Part shown: one piece after another, positions 9,449 to 19,922 of the stretch
Layout: each line of letters begins with the position of its first letter
How positions within the stretch are numbered: position 1 is the first letter of the stretch
From: Gammaproteobacteria bacterium RIFCSPHIGHO2_02_FULL_42_13
GTDB lineage: Bacteria; Pseudomonadota; Gammaproteobacteria; UBA12402
DNA: 61,447 nt
Assembly (NCBI GenBank): GCA_001801405.1
Contig: MGXQ01000012.1
Coordinates: forward strand, 156-61,602
Reading direction: 5' to 3'
The notes under the pieces: generated by a model
The model's input: the letters and a program-made list of their open reading frames with translations, nothing else
The model's database searches: none
What the model was told of the DNA's origin: nothing
Translations under genes and position numbers: made by a program

Positions 9449-11592
9449 GAAGAAATTATATTCATTATATCAAACGTTGCTTGTGTGACTTCAACCATAT
9501 CGTCAAAAGAAATAGGAGAAGCGGATCCTGACAATATCGCGTCCACGGTTTTTTGCACACAGGCATATTGCCCTTTATCCTGGCGAAATAAATGCATATT
9601 TTTGCAATTGGTCACACCGTAAGCACGCAATGTTTTAAAATTATCTAAATTAAAAACGCGGCCACCACAATAAACCTCTAATCGCTCCTTCGGCACCGCA
9701 CGATGACCATTGGATAAGTAATGAATAGTCCCTAACGAACCATCTTTAAAATGCAAAACAACGACCACCTGATCATTTTGGACTGACTTGCCGCTGACTT
9801 GCCCAACGGCGCTCACGTTGATATCAACAATGGGACTGCACGCCAAAAAACGCAACAAATCAATCATGTGACATGCTTCACCGACAATGCGACCGCCACC
9901 CACTTTCAAATCTTGTGTCCAATGATCAGAGGGAATAGCGCCCGCATTCACTGTCATCAATAATACTTTAGATTCTGGCGTAGCAGATAATACCTCATGC
10001 ATTTTTTCAATCAGTGGCGAAAAACGACGATTAAACCCGATCATTAAAAAAGGCGACTTTCTTTGCTGCGCCAAACTATTATAAGTGTTTTTAACCCGCT
10101 CAAGTTCATCAGAAAAAATAGCCAACGGCTTTTCAACATACACGCGCTTTCCATGATTTAATGCCTGGCAAATTAAATCAGCATGCGAATCATGTTGCGT
10201 GGCAATGACAATCGTATTAATGGCTGAATCTTCCATTACCGCATTAACATTCGTTGCACTGTTTTTAATGTTAAATTGTTTTGCCACTTGTCGCGCACTC
10301 ACACCACCACTGGATACAATGCTATGTAATACGGCGCCCGCTTTTTTGAATGCGGGAATCAATGTGCGGCTTGCATAATTACCTGCGCCAATAAACCCGA
10401 CAATAACTTGTTGCTCACTCGAATAAACAATCGGCAAATCATCCGATCGCACCACAAAAGACTGTTTTTTTCCTGTCTCATCCCGAGGATAATCAATCAC
10501 AAGTCCTAAAAGAGCGCTGTTAGAATCGGTCAGGCATTCATAAGCAAAAACCGCTGTATCAATCGGAAAATGCGCTGAAATTAACGGCGCAATATTCAGC
10601 CGTTTATCCGCCATTAAATCCAACACCGCCTCAAAATTTCGTTGCTCTGTCCAACGCACAAAACCAATGGGATAATCGGCTCCGCCTTCTTCATACGCTT
10701 TATCATAACGACCAGGACCATACGAACAAGACACCTGAAAAGTTAATTCTTTTTTATAAAAATCATCGCGCGATAACTCTAAACCCACGACACCAACCAA
10801 AATAATACGCCCGCGCTGACGAGACATTTGAGCCGCTTGATGCATCAGATCATTACTTTTGCTCGACGCCGTTACTAACACTGCATCGATCCCTCGGCCA
10901 TGCGAAAATTCTAAGGCTAATTTAACCGGATCAGGATGCATGGTTAAATCAATCGTCTCCGCGCCAAATTGTTTTGCTAAGGCCAATTTAGATTTATCAA
11001 AATCAATACCGACTACGCGACATCCATTTGCACGCAATAACTGAACGACCAATAACCCTAACAAACCCAAACCAAAAACAGCGATGGTTTCACCCATTTC
11101 AGGCTGCGTTAAGCGAACCCCTTGTAAAGCAATCGCACCGACTACACCAAACACAGCCTCATCATCAGAAACCGTTGCAGGAATATGCGCACAAAGATTT
11201 TGCGGCACGCAAACCATTTCGGCATGCGCGCCGTTCGACAAAACACGATCGCCAACATTAAATTCGCGCACATCCGACCCAACCGCAATCACTCGCCCTA
11301 CATTGCTATAACCCATTGGAATAGATTTAGATAACTTATTATTCACCGCCTCTAATGTTGGCAGAATGCCATCTGTCTTTAGCTTTGCTAATACTTGCTT
11401 TACTTTATCAGGCTGTTGTTTTGCTTTTGACAACCAACTGGATTTTCCAAACGACACCAACATTCTTTCGGTTCCCGCTGAAATCAAAGAACGCTGTGTT
11501 TCAATTAACACGTGTCCCGCCTTACATTGAGGACAAGGAATGTCAGCAACCTCTGTTTCACCTGTTTTTAAACTCTGTAATATCTGTTTCAT
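9445..11592 (-). CDS. bi-domain oxidoreductase: MDR/Zn-ADH-like N-terminal half plus Gfo/Idh/MocA C-terminal half
   Basis: The N-terminal half has [15 protein letters not shown] and [19 protein letters not shown]. The C-terminal half has [18 protein letters not shown] and VYVEKPLA. 715 aa. Confidence 0.8.
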   Translation of the reverse strand: MKQILQSLKTGETEVADIPCPQCKAGHVLIETQRSLISAGTERMLVSFGKSSWLSKAKQQPDKVKQVLAKLKTDGILPTLEAVNNKLSKSIPMGYSNVGRVIAVGSDVREFNVGDRVLSNGAHAEMVCVPQNLCAHIPATVSDDEAVFGVVGAIALQGVRLTQPEMGETIAVFGLGLLGLLVVQLLRANGCRVVGIDFDKSKLALAKQFGAETIDLTMHPDPVKLALEFSHGRGIDAVLVTASSKSNDLMHQAAQMSRQRGRIILVGVVGLELSRDDFYKKELTFQVSCSYGPGRYDKAYEEGGADYPIGFVRWTEQRNFEAVLDLMADKRLNIAPLISAHFPIDTAVFAYECLTDSNSALLGLVIDYPRDETGKKQSFVVRSDDLPIVYSSEQQVIVGFIGAGNYASRTLIPAFKKAGAVLHSIVSSGGVSARQVAKQFNIKNSATNVNAVMEDSAINTIVIATQHDSHADLICQALNHGKRVYVEKPLAIFSDELERVKNTYNSLAQQRKSPFLMIGFNRRFSPLIEKMHEVLSATPESKVLLMTVNAGAIPSDHWTQDLKVGGGRIVGEACHMIDLLRFLACSPIVDINVSAVGQVSGKSVQNDQVVVVLHFKDGSLGTIHYLSNGHRAVPKERLEVYCGGRVFNLDNFKTLRAYGVTNCKNMHLFRQDKGQYACVQKTVDAILSGSASPISFDDMVEVTQATFDIMNIISS

Positions 11593-12542
11593 GTGACTGT
11601 CGACATCTCCAGTATTTTTTCAAAATAATGAATGGTTTTTGTTAGCCCATCCTCAATCGAAATCTTGGGCACCCAATTTAAAACATGTTTTGCCTTTGTA
11701 ATGTCGGGTTTGCGCTGCTTGGGATCATCGGCGGGCAAGGACTTACAAATCAGCTGCGATTTGGCACCGGTCATGGCTATTATTTTCTGCGCCAACTGCT
11801 TAATCGTAATTTCATTCGGATTTCCCAAATTAATCGGACCAGTCATATCGCGATCCGTCGCCATCATTCTGATGAAACCCTCAATCAAATCATCGACGTA
11901 ACAAAAAGAGCGCGTTTGCGATCCATCACCGTAAATCGTAATCGGCTCGCCTTTCAACGCTTGCACAATAAAATTCGACACCACACGCCCATCATTCAAA
12001 CACATATTGGGGCCATAGGTATTAAAAATACGAGCCACTTTGATGGGCAATTCATATTGCCGCCAATAATCAAAAAATAATGTTTCTGCGCACCGCTTGC
12101 CTTCGTCATAACAAGCGCGCGGACCAATCGGATTTACATTTCCCCAATAATCTTCGACTTGCGGATGAATAGCAGGATCACCATAAACCTCACTGGTCGA
12201 CGCTTGAAAAACTTTTACCTTTCCCAAACGCACCGCCAAATCTAAAACATTAATCGATCCATGCACATTCGTAATCGTTGTTTGCACTGGACGATTTTGA
12301 TAATGCACCGGCGAAGCGGGTGACGCTAAATTATAAATCTCATCGACTTCCACTTTTAGTGGCTCTGTAATATTATGTCGCAATATTTCAAAATGTGGAT
12401 TGGATAGCAAAGGCAAAATATTATTTTTTGTGCCGGTATAAAAATTGTCGACACATAACACGTCATGCCCTTCTGTCAACAAACGTCGACATAAATGAGA
12501 ACCTAAAAAACCTGCCCCACCTGTTACTAAGATTCGTTTCAT
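11589..12542 (-). CDS. UDP-glucuronate decarboxylase (UDP-xylose synthase type SDR)
   Basis: [30 protein letters not shown] and the hallmark [15 protein letters not shown]. The start is set at MKRILV (ATG 12542). Confidence 0.85.
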   Translation of the reverse strand: MKRILVTGGAGFLGSHLCRRLLTEGHDVLCVDNFYTGTKNNILPLLSNPHFEILRHNITEPLKVEVDEIYNLASPASPVHYQNRPVQTTITNVHGSINVLDLAVRLGKVKVFQASTSEVYGDPAIHPQVEDYWGNVNPIGPRACYDEGKRCAETLFFDYWRQYELPIKVARIFNTYGPNMCLNDGRVVSNFIVQALKGEPITIYGDGSQTRSFCYVDDLIEGFIRMMATDRDMTGPINLGNPNEITIKQLAQKIIAMTGAKSQLICKSLPADDPKQRKPDITKAKHVLNWVPKISIEDGLTKTIHYFEKILEMSTVT

Positions 12543-12657
12543 AAATGAACAACCTTTGGTCAAAAACAACGGACATTCTAGCAGAATCTACCGCCAAAGT
12601 TGATAGAAAATCAGCCTCTTTTACGCTATTATACCTTTTCTCAAAAAGAGCAGATCT

Positions 12658-14475
12658 ATGGCACTCATTTTTAATTTAGCATATTTTTTTACCATCTGCG
12701 GGCTGGGCATGCCGCTCGCGGCACGATTAAAATTTGATCCCTTTCAAAAGCTCATTGCCGGCTTTCTGTTCGGCTCTATCATCACCGCATTTTATCTGTT
12801 CTTCATTACAAAATGGATGCTCGCAACCCCCGGATATATTTTAGGGTTCACCCTACTCTCGCTGATTATCGCATCGTTTTATATAAAAACGCTCTGGACG
12901 ACACTAAAATCCGTTGGCCACTTTTTGAAAGGACATTTAATCAAACAGGATCGGTGGAGCGTATATTTTATCGGCATGCTCATTTTTTTAATTCTATGGA
13001 TTATTTTATTGGCATACACGCCAGAGCGATCCGCTGATGCTATGCGTTATCATTTAGCTCAAATGAAAGATATCATATTAAATCACGGTTTTATCTTCAG
13101 GCCCTATCTACATTATAACTTCCCCATTTTTTTTCATCTGATGTTTTTGCCTTCCTTTATTTTATTTGGCGGAGTAGGCGTAAAACTGGCCGTTTGTTTA
13201 TATTTTTTGTTTTCACTACTCATTCTGCAGTACTTAGCAGCTCGAATTAACTTAAAACATACGCGATTGTTTTTTATTATCCTATTTCTAACGCCACTCG
13301 CATATCACGAGGCGCATCTTGTCACCAATGACTGGATTGTTATATTTTATAGTTTAATCGGTTTTCTATTTTTAACAACCGACTCGCACAAAAAAACCGG
13401 TATTTATGTTGCCTTTGCTGCACTTGGCTTTGCCTTGGGCGTGAAATATCAAAGCATTTTGTTTATCCCTTGGTATATCATACTGGCTTATGCGCAATTA
13501 GAAAAAGAAAAAAAGATACACCTCATCAATGCGCTGATACTGATGACACTCATCGCATCGCCTTGCTATATCAGAAACTATATTAATCTAGGCAATCCTG
13601 TATGGCCGCTGGCTCAAAATATCTTTGGATCCTCATCTCAACAATTGCAAATACTCGCTCAAAACTTTACAGATGCAATGAGCGGACATCACAATCTACA
13701 CAGCATCATTATCGATCTCAAAAACTTTATTTTCTATCCCTTGATTCCTATCACATTTTGGTTCTTAATTATCGCCGGCCTCTTCAGTTGCCGTATTAAA
13801 AAATTACAAATGCAAATCGGCGTTATAAGTTATTTTGTATTGTGGTGGCTTGTGGAGCCAACACTATATACACGATTCTCTCTCTATCTTTTTCCTCTTG
13901 CATTAATGGCCGCCATAACGTTATATGACAACATCCAGCATCGCTTAAGCAAATGGATTTATAACATACTCTTAGTCATTACGTTGATTTATTGTATTGC
14001 AATCGCCGCGTATTATTCTATATTTTACATCCGATTTTACTTAACCCATAATCTAAATCAATATCATCAATATACTTGGAACTATAGCGACTACCAATGG
14101 ATCGACCAGCATACCCCTGCAAACGCTAAATTTCTATGCATATTGCGCGCGGGACAAACTTACTATCTCAATCGCTCTTACCTACGCGCAGAACCCAATC
14201 TTTCTGGTTTAATCGACTGGTCGAGTATCACCAGCACGCGACAATTATTCACGCTTTTAAAAAAAATGAACATCAATTACATCTTTTATGAAACAGACTG
14301 GAATGACACCCTCGGCGGAAAAAACATGGAAAATTTATTGACCCATCTCGTCAACTTGCATTATGCTCAACTCGTTTTTGTTCATACTGAACAATTATCT
14401 TATTCGAGAATAAAAAACCAATTTGGACAATCGACATTTTACTTAATTCGATTAGACCGTGGAACGACAAAATGA
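12658..14475 (+). CDS. polytopic membrane GT-C-fold glycosyltransferase-like protein
   Basis: 605 aa with more than 10 hydrophobic segments. It has an acidic loop motif after the early helices (PERSADAMRYHLAQ) and a soluble C-terminal domain. It is 4-nt coupled to the downstream GT2-GtrA gene. Confidence 0.5.
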   Translation: MALIFNLAYFFTICGLGMPLAARLKFDPFQKLIAGFLFGSIITAFYLFFITKWMLATPGYILGFTLLSLIIASFYIKTLWTTLKSVGHFLKGHLIKQDRWSVYFIGMLIFLILWIILLAYTPERSADAMRYHLAQMKDIILNHGFIFRPYLHYNFPIFFHLMFLPSFILFGGVGVKLAVCLYFLFSLLILQYLAARINLKHTRLFFIILFLTPLAYHEAHLVTNDWIVIFYSLIGFLFLTTDSHKKTGIYVAFAALGFALGVKYQSILFIPWYIILAYAQLEKEKKIHLINALILMTLIASPCYIRNYINLGNPVWPLAQNIFGSSSQQLQILAQNFTDAMSGHHNLHSIIIDLKNFIFYPLIPITFWFLIIAGLFSCRIKKLQMQIGVISYFVLWWLVEPTLYTRFSLYLFPLALMAAITLYDNIQHRLSKWIYNILLVITLIYCIAIAAYYSIFYIRFYLTHNLNQYHQYTWNYSDYQWIDQHTPANAKFLCILRAGQTYYLNRSYLRAEPNLSGLIDWSSITSTRQLFTLLKKMNINYIFYETDWNDTLGGKNMENLLTHLVNLHYAQLVFVHTEQLSYSRIKNQFGQSTFYLIRLDRGTTK

Positions 14476-15551
14476 CAACCCATACATTGAGCATCATCAT
14501 TCCCTGTTTCAATGAAGAAAAAACATTGGAACTCTGTATCCAGAAGGTGTTTGCCATCCAAACGCCCGATATTCAATTAGAATTATTGATTGTTGATGAT
14601 TGCTCAAGCGATCGTAGCCCAGCCGTCGCAAAAAAATTAGCGGCACAATTTAAAGAAATAAAATTAATTGTCCACGAAAAAAACCAAGGCAAAGGCGCCG
14701 CAATTCGTACGGGAATGCAACAGGCCACCGGCGATTTTATCGCCATTCAAGACGCCGACCTAGAATACGATCCGCGCGATCTGACGCGACTCATTCAGCC
14801 ATTGATTGAAAACCGCGCCGACGTCGTGCTCGGTTCACGATTTCATACATCATGCGAAAGACGTATTTTGTATTTCTGGCACAGCATGGGCAATAAATTT
14901 CTGACCTTCCTCTCTAATATGTTTACCGATTTAAACTTAACCGACATGGAAACATGTTACAAAATATTTAGACGGAATAAAATCCAAGATATTACCATCG
15001 AGGAAAACCGTTTTGGATTTGAACCTGAAATTGTCGCAAAAATAGCACAAAAAAAATTACGTATTTATGAAATGGGCATTTCCTATCACGGGCGCACTTA
15101 TGAAGAAGGCAAAAAGATCGGATGGAAAGATGGGATACGCGCGTTTTATTGTATTTTTCATTATAACGCCCATCAATTACCTGCTCCCATGCAACTTTTA
15201 ATTTACTTTGGCATTGGCAGCATTGCGGCACTTATCAATTTATTAACATTTGCTATCTTATTCTATGCAGGCATAACCATCATTACTGCCGCCGCCCTTT
15301 CTTTTATTATTGCCGCCACAGCAAATTATTTACTTTGTATTCATTTTTTATTTAGACATAAAGCTAGATGGACTGCGAAAATAGAGATTTTTATCTATGC
15401 CGGACTGGCTATATTGATTGGGCTCATCGACATCTCTATCACCTATTATCTTGCGCATCTTTTATTACGACCCATCTTTGCAAAAGCAATCGCTTCTGTT
15501 TTAGTGTTTTTTTTAAATTTTTTAGGCCGAAAATATTTTGTGTTTAAATAA
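14472..15551 (+). CDS. polyprenyl-phosphate glycosyltransferase (GT2, ArnC/DPM1-like) fused to a GtrA-like membrane domain
   Basis: The GT2 domain has LSIIIPCFNEEKTL, VDDCSSDRS and IQDADLEYDP. The C-terminal part, about 120 aa, has 4 hydrophobic helices and ends in FLNFLGRKYFVFK, which is GtrA-like. Confidence 0.8.
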   Translation: MTTHTLSIIIPCFNEEKTLELCIQKVFAIQTPDIQLELLIVDDCSSDRSPAVAKKLAAQFKEIKLIVHEKNQGKGAAIRTGMQQATGDFIAIQDADLEYDPRDLTRLIQPLIENRADVVLGSRFHTSCERRILYFWHSMGNKFLTFLSNMFTDLNLTDMETCYKIFRRNKIQDITIEENRFGFEPEIVAKIAQKKLRIYEMGISYHGRTYEEGKKIGWKDGIRAFYCIFHYNAHQLPAPMQLLIYFGIGSIAALINLLTFAILFYAGITIITAAALSFIIAATANYLLCIHFLFRHKARWTAKIEIFIYAGLAILIGLIDISITYYLAHLLLRPIFAKAIASVLVFFLNFLGRKYFVFK

Positions 15552-15564
15552 GATGCGTACGTAG

Positions 15565-15584
15565 GTTGGGCCGTGAGGCCCAAC
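15565..15584. repeat. 8-bp-stem hairpin, GTTGGGCC-GTGA-GGCCCAAC, between convergent genes (REP-like, possible bidirectional terminator)
   Basis: A perfect inverted repeat in the 67-bp gap between the plus-strand GT2-GtrA stop and the minus-strand asnB stop. The adjoining decamer GTAGGTTGGG (15561-15570) recurs in reverse complement at 21-30. Confidence 0.55.
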
Positions 15585-15618
15585 AAATTATATGCACCAA
15601 GCAGGCGTAGCCCGCATT

Positions 15619-17511
15619 TTAAATAAGAAAGATACGGCACCACAGCTCAATACACAACAAAGAAAAAATCGGATAGCTTGCATCAATCCGCCCCGTTTGA
15701 TTGTCTGCTATCAATTTTTTAACAGCGCCCGCATCAAACAAACCACGATGATTAATCGACGACTCAGATAACAAATCAGCCGCCATCTCGCGTAAATTAT
15801 TTTTCAACCAAAATCGCAACGGCACCCCAAAACCTGTTTTTTTACGATAAATAATCTCCTTTGGCAAATAGTTTTCCATCGCTTTTTTTAAAATCCATTT
15901 ACTCACTTTTCCGTTTTGCTTAAAGGCAGTCGGCAACGATGTGGCATATTCAACCAGATCCAAATCTAAAAATGGCACACGCGTCTCAACACTCGCCGCC
16001 ATGCTCATTTTATCGGTATAATTTAAATTATGATCGGCTAAAAAATATTTGGTTTCTAAATATAACATTTTATTCAGATCGGGCATCTCTTGGGGTAACT
16101 GACGTAACGTATGCATTAACACATCGTTTTGTTCGGCCGAAACCAACTGTTTCCTGAGCTCATCACTATACAAGCCATTTTGAATAGCCGGTTGCAACCA
16201 ATAGAAATAACTGGCGATCCGCTGTGTTCGATCAACATCAGCGTATGCGAATGCTTTTTTAAATCGACGCAATTTGTTTTCAGAAAGTTTTTGTGTCAAT
16301 AACGCCACTTGTCTACGCGCCCCCTTTGGCAACCAAGCCCAATATCGCTCTTGCATGAGCGCATAATGGCGTCGATAACCTGAAAAAATATCATCGCCGC
16401 CGGCGCCCGATAACAAAACTTTCATTCCCTGATCACGCGCTAATTTCGCAATAAAAAACGTATTTAACGCAGCGGGATCTGCTTGCGGCTCATCTAAATG
16501 CTCAATCATCATCGGCAATTGATCGATCATATCAGCGCGCACATCAATCACCTGCAGCGGAACATTTAAATACTTTGCCACTTTTTCGGCGTAGGGCCAA
16601 TCTTCAACCGTTCCTTCAGATTGACCAAACTGATCCGCAAATCGCATCGTAAAACAAGGCAATTTTCGTGCGGGATCAATCTCTTTTACCATCGCAACAA
16701 TGGCGCTCGAATCTAATCCGCCCGATAAAAATGCACCGACAGGCACATCTGAAATCAATTGTCGCTCGACCGCTTGTTTAAATTTAGCCTGCAATAATGA
16801 TACGGCTTCATGTACCGAATACGATTTAATCGGCTGATCGTAAGGCAAATCATAATAACGCCACTGCTTTTGAATTTTTCCTGCTTTAATCACACAAGCA
16901 GATCCGGGTAATAATTTTTTTATAGACGTTAACATTGTATCGGGTGATGGCGACCAAAGATATCGCAGATGATTATGAATCGCTAAGGGATTTAATTCGC
17001 GCGACGCGGACGATTCTTTTAACAAACATTTTAATTCGCTCGCAAATAAAAAACCTTTGCTTGTTTGCGAATAATACAACGGTTTAACACCCAAATGATC
17101 GCGCGCCAATAAAATCTGTTGATTCCGCGTATCATAAATCGCAAACCCAAAAATACCATTTAATTTTTTGAATAATGCAATGCCATCGCGCAAATATAAA
17201 TTTAATATTACTTCCGTATCTGTGTCATTATTAAATTCAAACCCTTCTTTGACCAGTTCTTTGCGCAATTCAGGAAAATTATAGATTTCGCCATTAAACA
17301 CAATGCAAGCAGTATGACTCGCATCCCACATGGGCTGATTCCCTTTTTCCGAGATATCAATAATCGATAATCGACGATGCGCCAATCCAATTTGAAAGGA
17401 CGCATTATAATAGACGGCCTGATGATCGGGGCCGCGATACGAAATGGTTTCGATCATGTTAATCAGTAATTCTTGTGAAAAATTTCCGGAAAAACCGGCA
17501 ATACCACACAT
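15619..17511 (-). CDS. asnB: asparagine synthase (glutamine-hydrolysing) family amidotransferase
   Basis: Ntn nucleophile MCGIAGF and PP-loop AFLSGGLDSSAIVAM. 630 aa. Confidence 0.85.
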   Translation of the reverse strand: MCGIAGFSGNFSQELLINMIETISYRGPDHQAVYYNASFQIGLAHRRLSIIDISEKGNQPMWDASHTACIVFNGEIYNFPELRKELVKEGFEFNNDTDTEVILNLYLRDGIALFKKLNGIFGFAIYDTRNQQILLARDHLGVKPLYYSQTSKGFLFASELKCLLKESSASRELNPLAIHNHLRYLWSPSPDTMLTSIKKLLPGSACVIKAGKIQKQWRYYDLPYDQPIKSYSVHEAVSLLQAKFKQAVERQLISDVPVGAFLSGGLDSSAIVAMVKEIDPARKLPCFTMRFADQFGQSEGTVEDWPYAEKVAKYLNVPLQVIDVRADMIDQLPMMIEHLDEPQADPAALNTFFIAKLARDQGMKVLLSGAGGDDIFSGYRRHYALMQERYWAWLPKGARRQVALLTQKLSENKLRRFKKAFAYADVDRTQRIASYFYWLQPAIQNGLYSDELRKQLVSAEQNDVLMHTLRQLPQEMPDLNKMLYLETKYFLADHNLNYTDKMSMAASVETRVPFLDLDLVEYATSLPTAFKQNGKVSKWILKKAMENYLPKEIIYRKKTGFGVPLRFWLKNNLREMAADLLSESSINHRGLFDAGAVKKLIADNQTGRIDASYPIFSLLCIELWCRIFLI

Positions 17512-17512
17512 A

Positions 17513-18772
17513 TTATCGCCAAAGATGGGTTGGATTAATAAGAAGTTTGTCTTTTAGTGTCGCCTGATCGATTCGATTAAATGCAGTGTGCGGCACCAAA
17601 ACAACAATAATATTCGCACGTTCAACAGCAGATCGATAATCGGTTAATTCCATTTTGCCCTTTAAAGAGGCCGGCAACGCAGTGATATGCGGCTCAACGA
17701 CTAATAACTCTTTAATTGCTGTTTGTTTTGATAATGCCTTAACTATCGTGATCGCTGGACTTTCTCTTAAATCGTCAATGTCGGGTTTGTATGACAACCC
17801 CAAACAAGCCACAATCGAATTAGGATGCTGCACTAATAATTTTTCAATCTGTTTTACAATATACTGCGGCTTAAAATTATTGACTTGTCTTGCTGCTTGT
17901 ATCAACGGCGTGATGTCCTGCGCGCTATCCACAATAAACCAAGGATCCACCGCAATACAATGTCCGCCCACGCCAGAACCAGGCTGCAAAATATTCACGC
18001 GAGGATGGTGATTAGCCAATCGAATCAACTCCCACACATCCACTCCTAAACGATCGCAGACCAATGACATTTCATTCGCAAAGGCAATATTGACATCACG
18101 ATAAGAATTTTCTGTCAGCTTCGCTAACTCTGCTGTTCGAGTATCCGTAATTAAACATTCTCCTTTTACAAATAGTTGATAGACTTTTTTTGCCTTGCTA
18201 GCACACAGCGGCGTCATACCTCCTAAAATACGATCATTCATCGTTAATTCATGTAAAACTTTCCCCGGAATCACGCGCTCGGGACAATAACAAATATTAA
18301 TATCAGGAACATCTGATGAGAATGGAAATGAAAGATCAGAACGATCTTTAGACAACCAATGTGCCAACTGTTCGGATGTTCCAACCGGCGACGTGGATTC
18401 TAAAATAACTAAATTCCCCTTTTCTAATTTTGGAGCCAACTTCTTTGCCGCTAATTCGATATAAGATATATCGGGCTTATGATCGCCCTTGAATGGCGTG
18501 GGCACGGCAATAATAAAAACATCTGCCGACTCACATTCTATTGTGGCTCGAAGCCGACCTGTTTGAATCGCAGCATCAACCATGCTATCTAACCCAGGCT
18601 CAACAATGTGAACTTTGCCCTGATTAACGGTACGGACAATAGTCTCGTTAATATCGACACCAACGACTTGCACGCCCTGATTTGCAAACAAAGCAGCGGT
18701 CGGTAATCCAATATAACCCAAACCAATCACAACGATCTTATTAATCTGAAAATTATTCATGTGTTGTTTCAA
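17513..18772 (-). CDS. wecC: UDP-N-acetyl-D-mannosamine (or UDP-GlcNAc) 6-dehydrogenase
   Basis: KIVVIGLGYIGLPTAALFA and the catalytic-Cys region GVGGHCIAVDPWF. The gene lies directly downstream of wecB. Confidence 0.8.
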   Translation of the reverse strand: MKQHMNNFQINKIVVIGLGYIGLPTAALFANQGVQVVGVDINETIVRTVNQGKVHIVEPGLDSMVDAAIQTGRLRATIECESADVFIIAVPTPFKGDHKPDISYIELAAKKLAPKLEKGNLVILESTSPVGTSEQLAHWLSKDRSDLSFPFSSDVPDINICYCPERVIPGKVLHELTMNDRILGGMTPLCASKAKKVYQLFVKGECLITDTRTAELAKLTENSYRDVNIAFANEMSLVCDRLGVDVWELIRLANHHPRVNILQPGSGVGGHCIAVDPWFIVDSAQDITPLIQAARQVNNFKPQYIVKQIEKLLVQHPNSIVACLGLSYKPDIDDLRESPAITIVKALSKQTAIKELLVVEPHITALPASLKGKMELTDYRSAVERANIIVVLVPHTAFNRIDQATLKDKLLINPTHLWR

Positions 18773-19922
18773 AAACTTTATTTAAGGTATGTGTTGAAAA
18801 TGATGCCTCAACAATTTTATCTAAAATACGCCGCGCTGAACACCCATCGCCAAATGGATTGTTGATTCGTGCCATTGCTTCATATCGCGCTGTATTATGC
18901 ATTAAATCTTCAACGACAGCAACAATACGCGCCGCATCAGTTCCCACCAAAATGGCTGTGCCCGCTTCAATGGCTTCAGGTCGCTCTGTCACATCACGCA
19001 TCACCAGCACCGGCTTGCCTAGCACGGGGCCCTCTTCCTGTATTCCACCAGAATCAGTCAAAATTAAATGCGCTCGCTGCATCAAATAAACAAAAGGCGC
19101 ATATTCCAATGGCGCAAGCAAATGAACGTTATCATATTTATCAAGCATTGCCCTCACGGGTTCTTGCACATGCGGATTTAAATGCACCGGATAAACAATA
19201 TGCCAATCAGGATGTTTTGACGCAATCGTTGCCAACGCCTTACAAATATTTAAAAAACCTTCGCCGAAACTCTCTCGACGATGCCCTGTCACAAGAATAA
19301 TGGGTTGTTTCGAATGCATCACTTTATTAATCGAGCTAAAAATATCACTCCAATCAGTTCTTAATTTATTTTTTTTACAAACCCATAACAATGCGTCAAT
19401 AACCGTATTCCCCGTCACGGTAATACAATCCACCGCAATATTTTCTCGCACCAAGTTATCGTATGATTTTTTAGTCGGCGCAAAATGATGATGCGCCAAT
19501 CGCGTAATCAATGTTCGATTCGCTTCTTCCGGAAAGGGCGCATATAAATCATACGTGCGCAATCCCGCTTCCACATGTCCTACAGGAATTTTGAAATAAA
19601 ATCCTGCCAATGCACCCATAAAAGCACTGGTCGTGTCGCCTTGTACAATAATATAATCAGGCTGCGCACGAAACAAAACCTCCTTCAACCCCGATAAAAT
19701 ACGACTCGTCATATCCAAGACATGCTGATTGGCCAACATAATATCAAGATCATAATCGGGCGTGATGTCAAATAACGCCAACATCTGATCCAACATCTCA
19801 CGATGTTGACCCGTCACGCAAACTTGCACGTCAAAACGCGAATCAACTCTAGCCGCATGAATAACGGGCGCTAACTTAATCGCTTCAGGTCGCGTGCCGA
19901 ATATAACCAGTAATTTCATCAT
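18753..19922 (-). CDS. wecB: UDP-N-acetylglucosamine 2-epimerase (non-hydrolysing)
   Basis: MKLLVIFGTRPEAIKLAPV and DSGGIQEEGPVLGKPVLVMRDVTERPE. Confidence 0.9.
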   Translation of the reverse strand: MMKLLVIFGTRPEAIKLAPVIHAARVDSRFDVQVCVTGQHREMLDQMLALFDITPDYDLDIMLANQHVLDMTSRILSGLKEVLFRAQPDYIIVQGDTTSAFMGALAGFYFKIPVGHVEAGLRTYDLYAPFPEEANRTLITRLAHHHFAPTKKSYDNLVRENIAVDCITVTGNTVIDALLWVCKKNKLRTDWSDIFSSINKVMHSKQPIILVTGHRRESFGEGFLNICKALATIASKHPDWHIVYPVHLNPHVQEPVRAMLDKYDNVHLLAPLEYAPFVYLMQRAHLILTDSGGIQEEGPVLGKPVLVMRDVTERPEAIEAGTAILVGTDAARIVAVVEDLMHNTARYEAMARINNPFGDGCSARRILDKIVEASFSTHTLNKVFETTHE

